Below are positions 20,543 to 31,691 of a stretch of DNA of 64,000 nt, one piece after another (position 1 is the stretch's first letter; each line of letters opens with the position of its first letter). A model generated the notes under the pieces. It was not told the DNA's origin. It was given only the letters and a program-made list of their open reading frames with translations, and did no database searches. A program made the translations under genes and the position numbers. This DNA is from Spirochaetota bacterium (GTDB lineage Bacteria > Spirochaetota > UBA4802 > UBA5550): contig OY760686.1 of NCBI GenBank assembly GCA_963663865.1, positions 1,632,001 through 1,696,000 on the forward strand, in the 5' to 3' direction.

Positions 20543-21556
20543 ATGTCAAAATTTACAGATACAATAAAGATAAAAATCAAGGCTGGCGATGGAGGTGCGG
20601 GTTCTGTTTCCTTTCACAGGGAGAAGTATGTACCTAAAGGCGGTCCCGATGGAGGTGACGGAGGAAAAGGCGGTGACGTCTACTTTGTCGCAGACAGAAG
20701 ATACTATAACCTTTCTCACTTTTTCAAAGACAAGCTATATCACGCCGGCAGAGGCTTGCAGGGGATGGGACGAAACCGTCATGGAGCAGACGGAGAAGAC
20801 CTTGTTATTCCGGTACCTCCTGGTACGCAGATAACTGATACAGATACCGGTGAGCTGATTGCCGACCTGATTGAAGAGGATGTGAAGTTTCTGGCAGCAC
20901 GAGGAGGGATTGGAGGAAAGGGTAACGCCTTTTTTAAGTCGTCAACTCACCAGGCGCCCCGGATGGCCCAGAGCGGTATGCCGGGTGAAGAGTATGAGGT
21001 CTCGCTGAATCTCAAGCTTATCGCGGATATTGGTCTTGTCGGGCTTCCAAATGCCGGTAAATCCACGCTCCTTTCGGTGCTGACAAACGCCAAACCAAAA
21101 ATAGGCGATTATCCCTTTACGACGCTGACCCCAAATCTCGGAATGTTTAGCTGTGAGTCAGGGGTCTACAGTATAGCTGATATTCCCGGCATTATTGAAG
21201 GAGCGCATCAGGGCCATGGACTCGGGCTTTCTTTTCTTCAGCATATCGAGAGGGTTAGAGTTATACTCTTTTTGATTGATATTACCGGCGAAGATCCGGT
21301 TTATACGCATCATCTCCTGAAAGAGGAATTGAAGAGTTACAATCCCGCGCTGCTGGAAAGGCCCTCGTTTATTCTTCTGACCAAGACTGACCTGGCGGAT
21401 GATAAGGAAATTTCTGAAAAAGGGGAACTTTTCCCGGATGAAAAGGTTCTAACTATATCGTCTACAGAAGGGACGAATATTGATGAACTTATCTGTATTG
21501 TTGATGAAATAATGGATAATGAAAATGTCAAGAAAAACCTTCCTGAAGAGTGTTAA
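20543..21556 (+). CDS. obgE: GTPase ObgE/CgtA
   Basis: Gly-rich Obg fold, GLPNAGKST, YPFTT, DIPG, TKTD. Confidence 0.97.
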   Translation: MSKFTDTIKIKIKAGDGGAGSVSFHREKYVPKGGPDGGDGGKGGDVYFVADRRYYNLSHFFKDKLYHAGRGLQGMGRNRHGADGEDLVIPVPPGTQITDTDTGELIADLIEEDVKFLAARGGIGGKGNAFFKSSTHQAPRMAQSGMPGEEYEVSLNLKLIADIGLVGLPNAGKSTLLSVLTNAKPKIGDYPFTTLTPNLGMFSCESGVYSIADIPGIIEGAHQGHGLGLSFLQHIERVRVILFLIDITGEDPVYTHHLLKEELKSYNPALLERPSFILLTKTDLADDKEISEKGELFPDEKVLTISSTEGTNIDELICIVDEIMDNENVKKNLPEEC

Positions 21557-22655
21557 GAGAATTGTAGTCAAAGTCGGTACAACTTCGTTGACTGAAGGCG
21601 GCCTCATATCAGAAAGCAAGATAAGAATGCTCGTTGATGATATTGCCGGCCTGCGTGAAAAGGGCTATCAGATCGCTCTGGTTTCTTCGGGCGCTATATC
21701 TGCCGGCGCCGCAGCCATGGGTAGAAAGAAGAACAACTTGACAATCCCGGAAAAACAGGCTCTTGCATCAATCGGGCAGTCCCTGTTGATGAATGAATAC
21801 AGGAAGCAGTTTGGAAGAAAGAATCTCCACGCGGGACAAATCCTTTTAACCGAGGATGATGTTAAGAACCGGAAAAGGTTTCTAAATGCCCGAAATACCT
21901 TTGAATCCCTTTTTGAAATGGGCGTTATTCCAATAGTGAATGAGAACGATACAGTGGCCGTAAATGAAATAAAATTCGGGGACAATGATACTCTTTCAGC
22001 ACATATAGCTTCCGTTATTGACGCGCATCTACTGGTTCTGCTCTCCGATATCGACGGCTTCTATAGAGACCTTTCTGATACTTCTCCTCTTGAGCGTGTA
22101 AATAAAATCACACCTGAAATATTAAAGAGCGCGGGAGACAGCGGTTCCGGACACGGCACCGGCGGGATGATAACCAAGCTAAAGGCAGCCGACATGATAC
22201 TGAAATGCGGCGAGATGATGATTATTGCCAGGGGGGCAGAGCGAAATATCCTTGGCCGTATTATGGCGGGGGAGAACACCGGGACCCTTTTTGCCGGTGA
22301 AAACGCCAGAATCCCCAGCAGGAAAAAGTGGATAGCGCTGCGTAAATCAAGGGGCGAGGTGATTATTGACAGCGGGGCGTCAGAAGCCCTGATTTCACGC
22401 AAGAAGTCGCTCCTCGCGTCGGGTATAACCGCGGTGAACGGCAGCTTCGATATGGGAGTCGCTGTGGAGATTCTTGAATCGTCCGGAAAAGCTATCGGCC
22501 GGGGTATAGTAAACTACAGCAGTACTGAGCTGGATACAATAAAAGGAAAGTCGACCCGGGAGATAAAGGAAATTCTCGGGAGCAAGTATTTTGAAGAGGC
22601 AGTTAACCGTGATTATATGGTTGTCTATAATACGGATGATAAGGCTGCGGATTAG
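21519..22655 (+). CDS. proB: Glutamate 5-kinase with PUA domain
   Basis: VVKVGT, VSSGAI, NENDTV, FGDND, GTGGM.TK. Confidence 0.96.
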   Translation: MKMSRKTFLKSVKRIVVKVGTTSLTEGGLISESKIRMLVDDIAGLREKGYQIALVSSGAISAGAAAMGRKKNNLTIPEKQALASIGQSLLMNEYRKQFGRKNLHAGQILLTEDDVKNRKRFLNARNTFESLFEMGVIPIVNENDTVAVNEIKFGDNDTLSAHIASVIDAHLLVLLSDIDGFYRDLSDTSPLERVNKITPEILKSAGDSGSGHGTGGMITKLKAADMILKCGEMMIIARGAERNILGRIMAGENTGTLFAGENARIPSRKKWIALRKSRGEVIIDSGASEALISRKKSLLASGITAVNGSFDMGVAVEILESSGKAIGRGIVNYSSTELDTIKGKSTREIKEILGSKYFEEAVNRDYMVVYNTDDKAAD

Positions 22656-22755
22656 TAAAAGTATATATTTATAAATAAAACAATAAGCGTCTCGGGATGT
22701 TTGCAGCACATTTCGTATATAAGGTAAACAATGACGGCGCTAAGAAAGGGGCGGA

Positions 22756-24261
22756 ATGAGAATAGCTTTTTGTTTTTTAGCATGCCTGATTATAACTTCG
22801 GGCTGCTCGCAAGACTCAGAGGGCCATTCAGACAATGTGCCCGTTGAGACCGGCTGGACAATTATGGTTTACGCTGATGCCGACAACAATCTTGAATCCA
22901 GTATACTTGAAGATGTTGCTGAAATGAAGCTTGGTTTTATCGATGAGGCCGGGGTTAACCTGATACTTCTGATTGACCGCGGGGCGTATTCCTACGACTC
23001 AGAGGTGCTTGGAGGTTATTTTACCGATACGCGCATGTACAGGATTTTTTCAGGAAAGGCTTCGCGGATTTACGATGAGGAGTCGCAATATTTTGAAGGT
23101 CTCAACCCGGATAAGAGGTATGAGGCTAATATGGGCGATCCTGAAACATTAAAGTCTTTTATCGGATACTGCAAGACGAATTATCCGGCTGATAAATATG
23201 GACTTATTATAAGCAGCCATGGAAGCGGGCCAAGAAAAAAATCAGCCGCGGCTGAGTCGCTTTCTTCGACAAGAGGGATTTGCCAGGACGAGACAAACGA
23301 CTACGACTCCCTTTATACTGCTGAAATTACTGACGTTTTGTCTGAGGATGAAGCTGTGGATTTTCTGGGCTTTGACTCCTGTATGATGGGTAACGCGGAA
23401 GTCGCCTATCAGTACAGGCCAGGCAACGGCTCTTTCAGCGCGGACTATATGGCAGCATCTCCGGCCGCAGAATGGTCATACGGATGGGACTACAGAGCAA
23501 TATTCTCAAGCCTCGACGGTACCATTTATGATCCCCATTCAATGACAGGAGAGGAGCTGGGACAGCTCGTCGTAAGTACATACGCCGATTATGTGGAAGG
23601 TTTTCAGAGCACTGGTACAATGAGCTGTTATGATTTAAGTAAGATCGAAGCCGTAAAGAACTCAATAGATGAACTGGCTGTGGAATTTTTCAGCAGTTCA
23701 TCGTCCAGGCAGATGGCTGAGGCAATAAGAGGAAGCGGAACGCTTATTGATATGATATACTACTTTGACAGCAGCTCTCTTGAGGAGTGGGTCTACCTCC
23801 CTATGTTTGATATTTACGATTTTGCCGCCAAAATCAATGACGAGTCTTCAGATTTTACTGCAACTGAGAAGCAGATATCGGGAGAGATTATGAACGCTGT
23901 TGAAAGCTGTATTGTTTCATCGTGGGCGGACAGTGATTACAATTCGTTTACGAAGGGCAGTCACGGCATATCCTTTTTCTTTCCGGAAGGTGATTATCAG
24001 TATAACTATTACGATACTGCATCCCGCGACCAGATGTCATATTCGGTTTGGGTATATCAGTGGTGGTACAACGCTGTTAAGACAACTGGGTGGCTGGATG
24101 ATTACGGTCAGGCGGGAAGCTTCCTTTACGGAAACCTTGCCTGGTGCAAAGACGGTATTGACCCCTCTGTCGGCTCAGTCGGAAACTGGTTTGAGCTCCT
24201 GGACTCCTGGTACGATACAGAAAATGGCGAAGACGGAGGTTCTAACGGCTACCAGTGGTAG
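22756..24261 (+). CDS. Clostripain-family (peptidase C11) lipoprotein
   Basis: Lipobox TSGC, WTIMVY..ADNNL, SHGSG (His), FDSCMM (Cys). Confidence 0.88.
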   Translation: MRIAFCFLACLIITSGCSQDSEGHSDNVPVETGWTIMVYADADNNLESSILEDVAEMKLGFIDEAGVNLILLIDRGAYSYDSEVLGGYFTDTRMYRIFSGKASRIYDEESQYFEGLNPDKRYEANMGDPETLKSFIGYCKTNYPADKYGLIISSHGSGPRKKSAAAESLSSTRGICQDETNDYDSLYTAEITDVLSEDEAVDFLGFDSCMMGNAEVAYQYRPGNGSFSADYMAASPAAEWSYGWDYRAIFSSLDGTIYDPHSMTGEELGQLVVSTYADYVEGFQSTGTMSCYDLSKIEAVKNSIDELAVEFFSSSSSRQMAEAIRGSGTLIDMIYYFDSSSLEEWVYLPMFDIYDFAAKINDESSDFTATEKQISGEIMNAVESCIVSSWADSDYNSFTKGSHGISFFFPEGDYQYNYYDTASRDQMSYSVWVYQWWYNAVKTTGWLDDYGQAGSFLYGNLAWCKDGIDPSVGSVGNWFELLDSWYDTENGEDGGSNGYQW

Positions 24262-24378
24262 CCGTCAGACTGAAGCCTTTTGCCTCATTAAGTCAATATC
24301 CCCCCCATGAATTTAAAATGATTTGACACCCGCCGTGGCTCCGTGAAAATTGCGGCAGCAATCAGAAGGAGAAAACAC

Positions 24379-26079
24379 ATGAGACTTTCGAGATATATCG
24401 CGCCTACGCTTAAAGAGGACCCGTCAGATGCCGTTGTTAAAAGTCACAAACTAATGATAAGGTCGGGCCTTGTCCGTAAGGAATCGGCTGGAATGTACAT
24501 ATATCTTCCGCTGGGGCTCAGGGCCCTGCGCAAAATTATGGATATTGTTAGAGCGGAGATGGAGGCTGCCGGGGCTCTGGAATTTCTGATGCCCGAGCTG
24601 ACTAACGCGGAGCTATGGAAGGAATCCGGACGCTGGGAAGCCATGGGGCCGGAGATGATGAGGATTGCCGACCGCAATGGAATGGAATATGCTCTTGCCC
24701 CCACCCATGAGGAGGCGTTCACATCTGCTGTACGGTCGCTTGTGGCTTCATACCGGGATTTGCCGGTAACGGTGTATCAGATGAACACAAAGTTCAGGGA
24801 TGAAATCCGGCCAAGATTCGGAGTTATCAGGAGCAAGGAATTTATCATGAAGGATGCGTATTCCTTCGATATGGACGAGAAGGGCCTTGAAGCGTCTTAT
24901 CAGACGATGAGGGCTGCTTACAGAAAAATTTTTGACAGGTGCGGCCTCGAGACTATTCCTGTCGAGGCTGACTCGGGTTCGATGGGCGGAAGCAACTCTG
25001 AAGAGTTTATGGTCGCTTCTGAAGTAGGAGAAGAATATCTGCTTATCTGTGACAGCTGCGGCTACAGGGCCAATCAGGAAAAAGCGGCCTATGGAAGAGG
25101 ACAGGCTTCCACACAGGAGCTGCTGCCCCTTGAGACAGCGGATACTCCTTCGGTTAAGACTATCGAACAGCTCGTAGAGTTTTTCGGCAAGCCCTCTGCT
25201 GTTTTCCTGAAGAGTATTGTTTACATTGCTGACGGAAGTCCAGTTCTGGCCGTTGTTCCCGGTGACAGGGAGATTAATGAGTACAAGCTTAAGAATGTAC
25301 TTGGGGCTCAGTCACTTGAGCTCGCCGATGATAAGACTGTCGAAGAGTTTACAGGCGCTCCCGTCGGATTTGCGGGACCAGTTAGAACGGGGAAAGTCAG
25401 GACTATATATGATATATCAATACAAAACATCACAAACGGGATAACCGGCGCTAATGAGAAGGACCGCCACTTTGTAAACGTTAATTCCGGCAGGGACTTT
25501 GAACTAAAAAATACCGAGGATATCAGCTCAGCCGTTGAAGGGGATGCGTGCCCTTCATGCGGAAAACCTATGAAGGTTAAGAAGGGAATTGAAGTTGGCC
25601 ATATTTTCAAGCTCGGGTACAAGTACACAAAGGCAATGAATGTCTCTGTCCTTGATGAGTCCGGGAAGCCTGCTGTGCCGATTATGGGCTGTTACGGGAT
25701 AGGCGTAAACAGAACAATGGCTGCCGTAATTGAGCAGCATTGCGATGAGCGCGGTATAGTATGGCCGGCATCTATTGCCCCCTTCCAGGTGCATCTCGTC
25801 TCTCTTGCGAAGACTGATGAAGAGAGGGCGAAGTCTGATTCAGTCTATGATGCGCTGTGTTCCGGCGGGATCGAGGTTCTATATGACGACAGAAATGCCA
25901 GCCCCGGATTTAAGTTCGCTGACGCGGACCTTATCGGCCTTCCTCTGCGGATTACTGCAGGAAAAGGCTTCTTCCAGAACGGGACTCTTGAGATCAAGGT
26001 GAGAAGAACCGGTGAAATGGAGGAAACTGAGTTTGAGGACATTGCCGTTAAGGTTAAAGGAATGCTTGAGCAGCTTTAA
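24379..26079 (+). CDS. proS: Proline-tRNA ligase with editing domain
   Basis: PTHEE, FRDEIRPRFG, MKDAYSF, GIEVGHIF, MGCYGIG; ATG 24379 after AGGAG. Confidence 0.97.
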   Translation: MRLSRYIAPTLKEDPSDAVVKSHKLMIRSGLVRKESAGMYIYLPLGLRALRKIMDIVRAEMEAAGALEFLMPELTNAELWKESGRWEAMGPEMMRIADRNGMEYALAPTHEEAFTSAVRSLVASYRDLPVTVYQMNTKFRDEIRPRFGVIRSKEFIMKDAYSFDMDEKGLEASYQTMRAAYRKIFDRCGLETIPVEADSGSMGGSNSEEFMVASEVGEEYLLICDSCGYRANQEKAAYGRGQASTQELLPLETADTPSVKTIEQLVEFFGKPSAVFLKSIVYIADGSPVLAVVPGDREINEYKLKNVLGAQSLELADDKTVEEFTGAPVGFAGPVRTGKVRTIYDISIQNITNGITGANEKDRHFVNVNSGRDFELKNTEDISSAVEGDACPSCGKPMKVKKGIEVGHIFKLGYKYTKAMNVSVLDESGKPAVPIMGCYGIGVNRTMAAVIEQHCDERGIVWPASIAPFQVHLVSLAKTDEERAKSDSVYDALCSGGIEVLYDDRNASPGFKFADADLIGLPLRITAGKGFFQNGTLEIKVRRTGEMEETEFEDIAVKVKGMLEQL

Positions 26080-26104
26080 TGTCTATTCGCGTATGCGGGA
26101 GGTC

Positions 26105-26770
26105 TCATTTCTCCCGCGGCGGGAAAACATCGGTGCGGAACATGAAACCTGCCGTCACAAGCGCGCTGTAAAACCTTGAGTTCTCACCTTCGGCATTTCT
26201 GACAATCTCGGTCAGATGGTAGTTGCCTATTATCCCCGTATAGAAGTCAGTAAAACGGCCCACACGGAATCTGAAGGTTATACCGGCTGTTGCAGCCAGC
26301 TGAAAGTACCAGAGGTCGTGGGTGTTTTCATGTACGCCTTCTGCCTGGGTCGATGTGTCTGTGAAGTTGAATTCGTTTATGAGCATGTAGCCAGGTGTCA
26401 GGCCGTACTGGAGGCAAAATGAAAACCAGCCGGCATTGAATGAATTGACAAGAAGGACTGGCAGCGATAACATCATGAAGTGGGAATTGTCAAAAATGTA
26501 ATTTTCACCCGCGTCGAAGGAGCTGAGGTTGATTTTGTTGTCTGAGAAAATAAGCCCCGACTGAATACCAAACCTCTTGCTGAACATTCTTTCCGCTGTA
26601 ATACCGACGGAAAAAACCGGACCCGGCTTCCAGTCGATGTCTGTATTCGTGCCGTGAGCATTGACGTAGCCGTAAGAGCCCTGTATTCCAAACGCGTCTA
26701 CAGCAGTATGCGCCGGTTTAATCACGGCGAATAACAGCATGATGGCCGGAATGACGGTCAGGACTCTCAT
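26105..26770 (-). CDS. Outer-membrane beta-barrel (porin-like) protein
   Basis: Signal peptide MRVLTVIPAIMLLFAV; alternating amphipathic strands. Confidence 0.6.
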   Translation of the reverse strand: MRVLTVIPAIMLLFAVIKPAHTAVDAFGIQGSYGYVNAHGTNTDIDWKPGPVFSVGITAERMFSKRFGIQSGLIFSDNKINLSSFDAGENYIFDNSHFMMLSLPVLLVNSFNAGWFSFCLQYGLTPGYMLINEFNFTDTSTQAEGVHENTHDLWYFQLAATAGITFRFRVGRFTDFYTGIIGNYHLTEIVRNAEGENSRFYSALVTAGFMFRTDVFPPREK

Positions 26771-26774
26771 ATTA

Positions 26775-27134
26775 TTACTTTTCTTCCATGATGCAGGTTC
26801 CGTTGAAAAGCGAACCGTTTTCAATGTACAGATCAGGAGAAACTATATCGCCGCTCGTACGGCTTTTTTTATAAAGTTCCACCCTGTTTTGAGCTTTTAT
26901 TTTCCCGTTGATACTGCCGCTGACTGACACTATGCGGGCGTTGATGTCGGCGCTTACAGCAGCTTCCCTGCCGATGATTAAGTGCCCCTCTGTTTCAATT
27001 TTTCCTTCAAATCGGCCCTTGATTTTTAATGAATTCTTAAACCTCAGATTTCCCCGGAATTCAATGTCATCAGCTATGACCGTATCAATTTTATTTTCAT
27101 CTTCAAGAATCTCTTTTGCGTTTGTCTCAGCCAT
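26775..27134 (-). CDS. Bactofilin (polymer-forming cytoskeletal protein)
   Basis: TVI...G.L......I.G.F.G.I repeats; G.I....L.IE.G..FNG.C. Confidence 0.9.
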   Translation of the reverse strand: MAETNAKEILEDENKIDTVIADDIEFRGNLRFKNSLKIKGRFEGKIETEGHLIIGREAAVSADINARIVSVSGSINGKIKAQNRVELYKKSRTSGDIVSPDLYIENGSLFNGTCIMEEK

Positions 27135-27367
27135 CTGTATATATTTCCCCTGTCAATAAACTAAGCCGTGTCTGACTATAACCGCTTAACTGCGGTACGT
27201 TGAAATGAAAAAATCACATCACTGATTATGTATATATATGAAGCTCTAATTGTCAATTAAAACAATAGAACAGGGCTTAATATTGACCGAAATTATAATT
27301 TGACAGCCATGTATATTCCGATTTACTGAGCCTCGAATTGAAAAAATGAACAGGCGGGGGATAAGGT

Positions 27368-27691
27368 ATGGACGAACTATTGAAAGCTGCAGATGAGCTT
27401 GGAAGAGAAATAAAGAAATCATCGACCTGGAAGGAATATCAGAGAGCTGCCGCAGAAATGAATGAAGAAGCCGAAGCGCGCAATATATTTGATGAATACA
27501 TAAAGGCAGCCGACGAGATGAGGGAACGCGAACGCGCCGGAGATATAATTGAATCCTATGAAAAGGAAGAGTTTCGCGAGTTGACCGAAAAGGTAAAAAA
27601 CAGCGCTTCCATAATAAAATATCTGAGAGCTGAGGAACAGTACGCTGAGATGCTTAACAGTGTCCAGAGGATGCTTGAGGGGAAACAGTGA
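27368..27691 (+). CDS. YlbF/YmcA-family regulator
   Basis: A.ELG..IK.S..W..Y helical pattern, YL.AE. Confidence 0.7.
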   Translation: MDELLKAADELGREIKKSSTWKEYQRAAAEMNEEAEARNIFDEYIKAADEMRERERAGDIIESYEKEEFRELTEKVKNSASIIKYLRAEEQYAEMLNSVQRMLEGKQ

Positions 27692-27710
27692 CCCCTGAGG
27701 AAATCAGGGG
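27692..27710. terminator. Hairpin between convergent genes
   Basis: CCCCTGA-ggaaa-TCAGGGG. Confidence 0.45.
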
Positions 27711-27721
27711 CCGAACGTATA

Positions 27722-27910
27722 TTAAACCGCTTTTTGTACCGCGCCTGATTTGATGCATTTGGTACAAACTGATTTTCTTACTACAGCCTTGTTCATCAGA
27801 ACACGGATTTTTTTGATGTTAGGCAGCCATTTCTTTGATGTCTTTTTGTTAGAGTGGCTTACGCTGTTTCCGAACTGAACGGATTTACCGCAAATTTCAC
27901 ATTTAGCCAT
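27722..27910 (-). CDS. rpmB: 50S ribosomal protein L28 (Zn-ribbon type)
   Basis: CEICGK..QFGN.VSHS, WLPN, CTKC. Confidence 0.96.
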   Translation of the reverse strand: MAKCEICGKSVQFGNSVSHSNKKTSKKWLPNIKKIRVLMNKAVVRKSVCTKCIKSGAVQKAV

Positions 27911-28078
27911 GATATTCCTCTTCTTCTGTGAAGCCGTTTATAGCTTAAATTACGGCGAATTATTAATTCACTTTCTATGTATAGACAGGCTAAAATTTGG
28001 CATAAAATATTGCAAGCTTAATATTGTGTTTTGAGTAAAAAGTACCTCATGCTGCTTAATGAATAAGGGCCGGACCTT

Positions 28079-30748
28079 TCAGTCAAGACCCGTATTTATC
28101 AGAAATTCTTTAAGAATCTCACTTCTTTTATAAAGTGCTGACTTCCTGAGGGCCGCGGCTCTGAAGCTTTGTCTTTTTGCGCTTTGCGTGAGGTGGCTGC
28201 TAATCACACCGGCCAGCTCGGTTTTGTTTTCAGCGAGATAACCATTTTTCATGTGATCGATAATATCTGCAGGCCCGCGAGTGTTGTACGCAGCAACCGG
28301 ACAACCGCAGCTCATTGCCTCAAGGACTACACACCCGAAAGTGTCAAAACGAGAAGGCAGAACAAGGATGTCGGCTGAAGAGTATATCGCAGGGAGATCG
28401 GTCTGCTTAACCCAGCCGGTAAACTCAGCTTCTGGCAGCTTGTTTTTAAGCCAGTCTTCGGCGGGTCCTGTGCCGGCAATTATCATCCTGAGATTGGGTA
28501 CAGATTCTCTGACCTTTTTGAAAATGGCTGGCAGATCAGTGACGCCCTTTTCTTCACTCAGTCTTCCTGCATACAGCATTACAGGGTAATCTTCCGCGTT
28601 TCCGTGGAGTGCAGGATTCGGCTTTTTTATGGGCTTGAAAATTGGATCGGCCCAGTGAGCTGTTCTGTACACCTTCGATTCCGGAATGCCTATCCCGCTG
28701 CCGGTAAACCACCTATGCTGGTCCTTGTTCAGTACAAAAATGCCGTCGAACGATCTGTAGAAAGCCCTGAGCAGGCGGCGTATTCTGTCTGTTTTAAATT
28801 TGTCGAGTTTAAGGACTCTGTTTACAAAGCTCATCCAATCGGTGTGGGCATAGAAGTATGCCGGAACAGAGTAGGCGTTTTTAAGATAAAGGGAGATGAG
28901 ACCCATAGGTCCTTCAGTTGAGCAGATTATACGGTCGTATTCTCCGTTTTTAAAGATATCGTGAATAGTAAGTATATCCGGTATTCTCAGGTTCTGGTTG
29001 CTATAGCCCGGAATGCTGAACTCTTCAATGGGGTTTACTACAATGAGATTGTCTTCAGATTGAAGCTTGCTGCTGCAGACAAGAATATCTATCGGCAGTG
29101 TCTTCTCTCTTATTACTTCAAGGAATTGCCTTAATACAATGGCGACTCCGTTCTTGTCGTCAAAGGTATCGGTCAGCCAGAGCATCCTTTCAGGATGCTC
29201 TGGAGCTCCAAGCGATGAGGCAAACTCCTTGAGAAGCGGGCGTGATTTATAAAGGACTCTTGCGCTGACGTAATTAGCAGCTGTGATAACCGCGGAAGCG
29301 AGGAACGGGAAGGAAAGGTTATCTAAAAGTTTCGATATGTTTATCCCCCGATTTCCGTTATCTTCGTTCGAAGTGCCGAGGATATCTCTGATGTAAACTG
29401 GAAGCTCAAATTTATCGATAAGCTTTCCGGGTTCTTCGCTTCTCAGAAGCTGATTGATTGATTGAACTGGAAAGTGTTTTTTCATCCTTGAGAAAAGAAT
29501 AGCGTTAAGCTGTCCGCTTATTGTCTTCAGAGATATATCGAGTTTTACCGCACTTTCTTCCTTGCCGCCATTTCTCATAGAGGCAATGTTCTGAACCTCT
29601 TTAAAAATGGGTTTGTATTCGGATGAAATGAACATTTTTTTCAGCAATCCAGGTGTTTTTCCTCTAAGGGACTGATGAAATATTCTGATGAAGTCCATCG
29701 TTATTCTGTGTTTTCTGAGCTCAAGAAATGTATTTGCTATCAAAAAAGCCTTTAGTTTGTCTGTGCTGCTGCCCTTGTGAAGCAGAAGCCTGATAAGGCC
29801 CGGATCTTCCATGTTTAGCCCGAGTTGACAGAAATAATCCAGAAAGGTCACTGACATCTTCTCGCTGTCATTGTGAACACCAAAGGGCGCCATCTGTCCT
29901 TTTCGTATTGCCTCCAGAGCCAGATCAGAGCGTTTTTCTGTTTTTAGCCTGTCCTGCAGGCCCGGGACGTGCAGCAGAGTGCCGGTCTGGCCTGAAAAAA
30001 GACCCATGTGGCTGTCGGAACCGCCTGAAACGCTCTTTCTGTAAGGGGTTGCGCAGAATCTGTCAGGCGCCAGTGAGTACTTTTTTGAGTACCAGTCTAT
30101 TCGTTCGGGAGTCAGGCTCTCAACCCACTTGATGACAAGTACATTCTGCCAGGTGTCCCTCTGCCCGTTGAGGGCTTCGAAGCGTTCGAAGCAGAGTGCC
30201 ATCTTTTCAAAGAAGTCCATTGGAGGGAGTCCGTCTGACTTGTAGTGATATAGAGGATGGGCCCATATAGTTGGAATTTCATTCTGGCGGGCGTAGTCAA
30301 GAAAAAGGTAAAGGTCTTTTCGGAGCCTGTTTATATCTTTCTCCTGGGCCTCGGAGAATCCGTAAGCCAGAACGTGAATGCCGATTTTGTAATCGGGAAC
30401 CATGCAGCTGAATTCTGCGCCTGTAAGAATATCCATCCCCTTTTCGCGAAGTTCTTTACACGAGCGGGAATTGTTGTGATTGGTGATAGTAAAGGTGTCA
30501 CAGCCGCTTTTGCTGAGGTTTTCAATCAGCGTTTCGGTTGGCAGATATGTTTCAGGCACTTCGAGGAGGCGGCCGAGTATTTCGTCAGGAACATCGCTGT
30601 TTTTATCATGGCAGTGCAGGTCGATAGTCAGGGTTTCCTCTATTGGGAAGGATTGACGCGATTTATTGACTAACTCTTCGAGTTCATTTCTGAGCGTCTG
30701 GTGGAATGATTGCCTGCCATTTCTTTTCGGGTTCTTTTCAATTGTCAT
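28079..30748 (-). CDS. PHP phosphoesterase domain fused to GT4 glycosyltransferase
   Basis: DLHCH, TNHN, AHP, GGSDSH (PHP); TDTFDDKNGV, GRLSEEKG, DTFGCVVLEAMSCG (GT-B). Confidence 0.85.
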   Translation of the reverse strand: MTIEKNPKRNGRQSFHQTLRNELEELVNKSRQSFPIEETLTIDLHCHDKNSDVPDEILGRLLEVPETYLPTETLIENLSKSGCDTFTITNHNNSRSCKELREKGMDILTGAEFSCMVPDYKIGIHVLAYGFSEAQEKDINRLRKDLYLFLDYARQNEIPTIWAHPLYHYKSDGLPPMDFFEKMALCFERFEALNGQRDTWQNVLVIKWVESLTPERIDWYSKKYSLAPDRFCATPYRKSVSGGSDSHMGLFSGQTGTLLHVPGLQDRLKTEKRSDLALEAIRKGQMAPFGVHNDSEKMSVTFLDYFCQLGLNMEDPGLIRLLLHKGSSTDKLKAFLIANTFLELRKHRITMDFIRIFHQSLRGKTPGLLKKMFISSEYKPIFKEVQNIASMRNGGKEESAVKLDISLKTISGQLNAILFSRMKKHFPVQSINQLLRSEEPGKLIDKFELPVYIRDILGTSNEDNGNRGINISKLLDNLSFPFLASAVITAANYVSARVLYKSRPLLKEFASSLGAPEHPERMLWLTDTFDDKNGVAIVLRQFLEVIREKTLPIDILVCSSKLQSEDNLIVVNPIEEFSIPGYSNQNLRIPDILTIHDIFKNGEYDRIICSTEGPMGLISLYLKNAYSVPAYFYAHTDWMSFVNRVLKLDKFKTDRIRRLLRAFYRSFDGIFVLNKDQHRWFTGSGIGIPESKVYRTAHWADPIFKPIKKPNPALHGNAEDYPVMLYAGRLSEEKGVTDLPAIFKKVRESVPNLRMIIAGTGPAEDWLKNKLPEAEFTGWVKQTDLPAIYSSADILVLPSRFDTFGCVVLEAMSCGCPVAAYNTRGPADIIDHMKNGYLAENKTELAGVISSHLTQSAKRQSFRAAALRKSALYKRSEILKEFLINTGLD

Positions 30749-31050
30749 TGCTTCTCTCTTTCGGGCCTCTACGCCCTTTTTGTTTTTTCTGTTAAATTGT
30801 TACTGATAAATTGTTAAGAAAATCCAAGAAAACTATGTGAATAATGTTAATTGTTGGTGTGTTCTACTTTAATGCAGTGGAAGCTGGAACTGGCAGAATG
30901 ATATTATTTTACACGGATGCAAACGGTGGTTGTACTTTTTTATTGAATTTCCAGGCATAAAATAGAGAATAGTTTCAATCGCATGGTGCGATGCTATCAT
31001 GATGAAATTAGAGCGCTTTGTGGTTTGAAAATGGGAGTTGAGGCCATAGT

Positions 31051-31629
31051 ATGAGTACAGTCAGGGTTATAGCCGGCATGCTTAAGGGCAAGCCCATCCC
31101 GTTCATTAATAAAAAATTTGACCATGCTGATATTACGACTCAGAAGGTTAAGGAGGCCTTTTTTTCAATAATTGGGGAAGACCTTTCAGGTAAAAGCTTC
31201 CTTGATCTCTTTAGCGGGAGCGGGCAGATGGGTATTGAGGCCCTTAGCAGAGGTGGAAATCCGGTTGTTTTCAATGAGATTGACAGAAAAAGATACGGCT
31301 TTATTAATGAGTTTGTCGGCAGTCTTTCGCTCGTCAATGAGAGCATCGTTACAAACCTTCATGCTGAAAGGGCTGTCAGGTGGCTAAGTTCACGAAATAT
31401 GTGTTTTAATATTGTTTATGTTGATCCGCCATACGATAAGAGAAAGGGCACAGTTCTAATTTACGGCGATATCCTCGAAAAAATAGACGAAAGGGGAATT
31501 CTACACGAAAACGGAATAGCGGCTGTTCAACATTTTTCCGACAATAAGCTTCCTGAAACAGCCGGCCGTCTGAAGATCGTCAAGTACAGGGAATACGGGA
31601 AATCGGCATTATCCCTGTACGGATACTGA
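31051..31629 (+). CDS. rsmD: 16S rRNA m2G966 methyltransferase
   Basis: RVIAG.LKG, KEA.F, LDLFSGSG, DPPY. Confidence 0.85.
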   Translation: MSTVRVIAGMLKGKPIPFINKKFDHADITTQKVKEAFFSIIGEDLSGKSFLDLFSGSGQMGIEALSRGGNPVVFNEIDRKRYGFINEFVGSLSLVNESIVTNLHAERAVRWLSSRNMCFNIVYVDPPYDKRKGTVLIYGDILEKIDERGILHENGIAAVQHFSDNKLPETAGRLKIVKYREYGKSALSLYGY

Positions 31630-31691
31630 CACCGTTTTTTTGCTGAATACAGGCGGAGAGTTAACCGCTTAATATATACTGGAGAAAAAAT

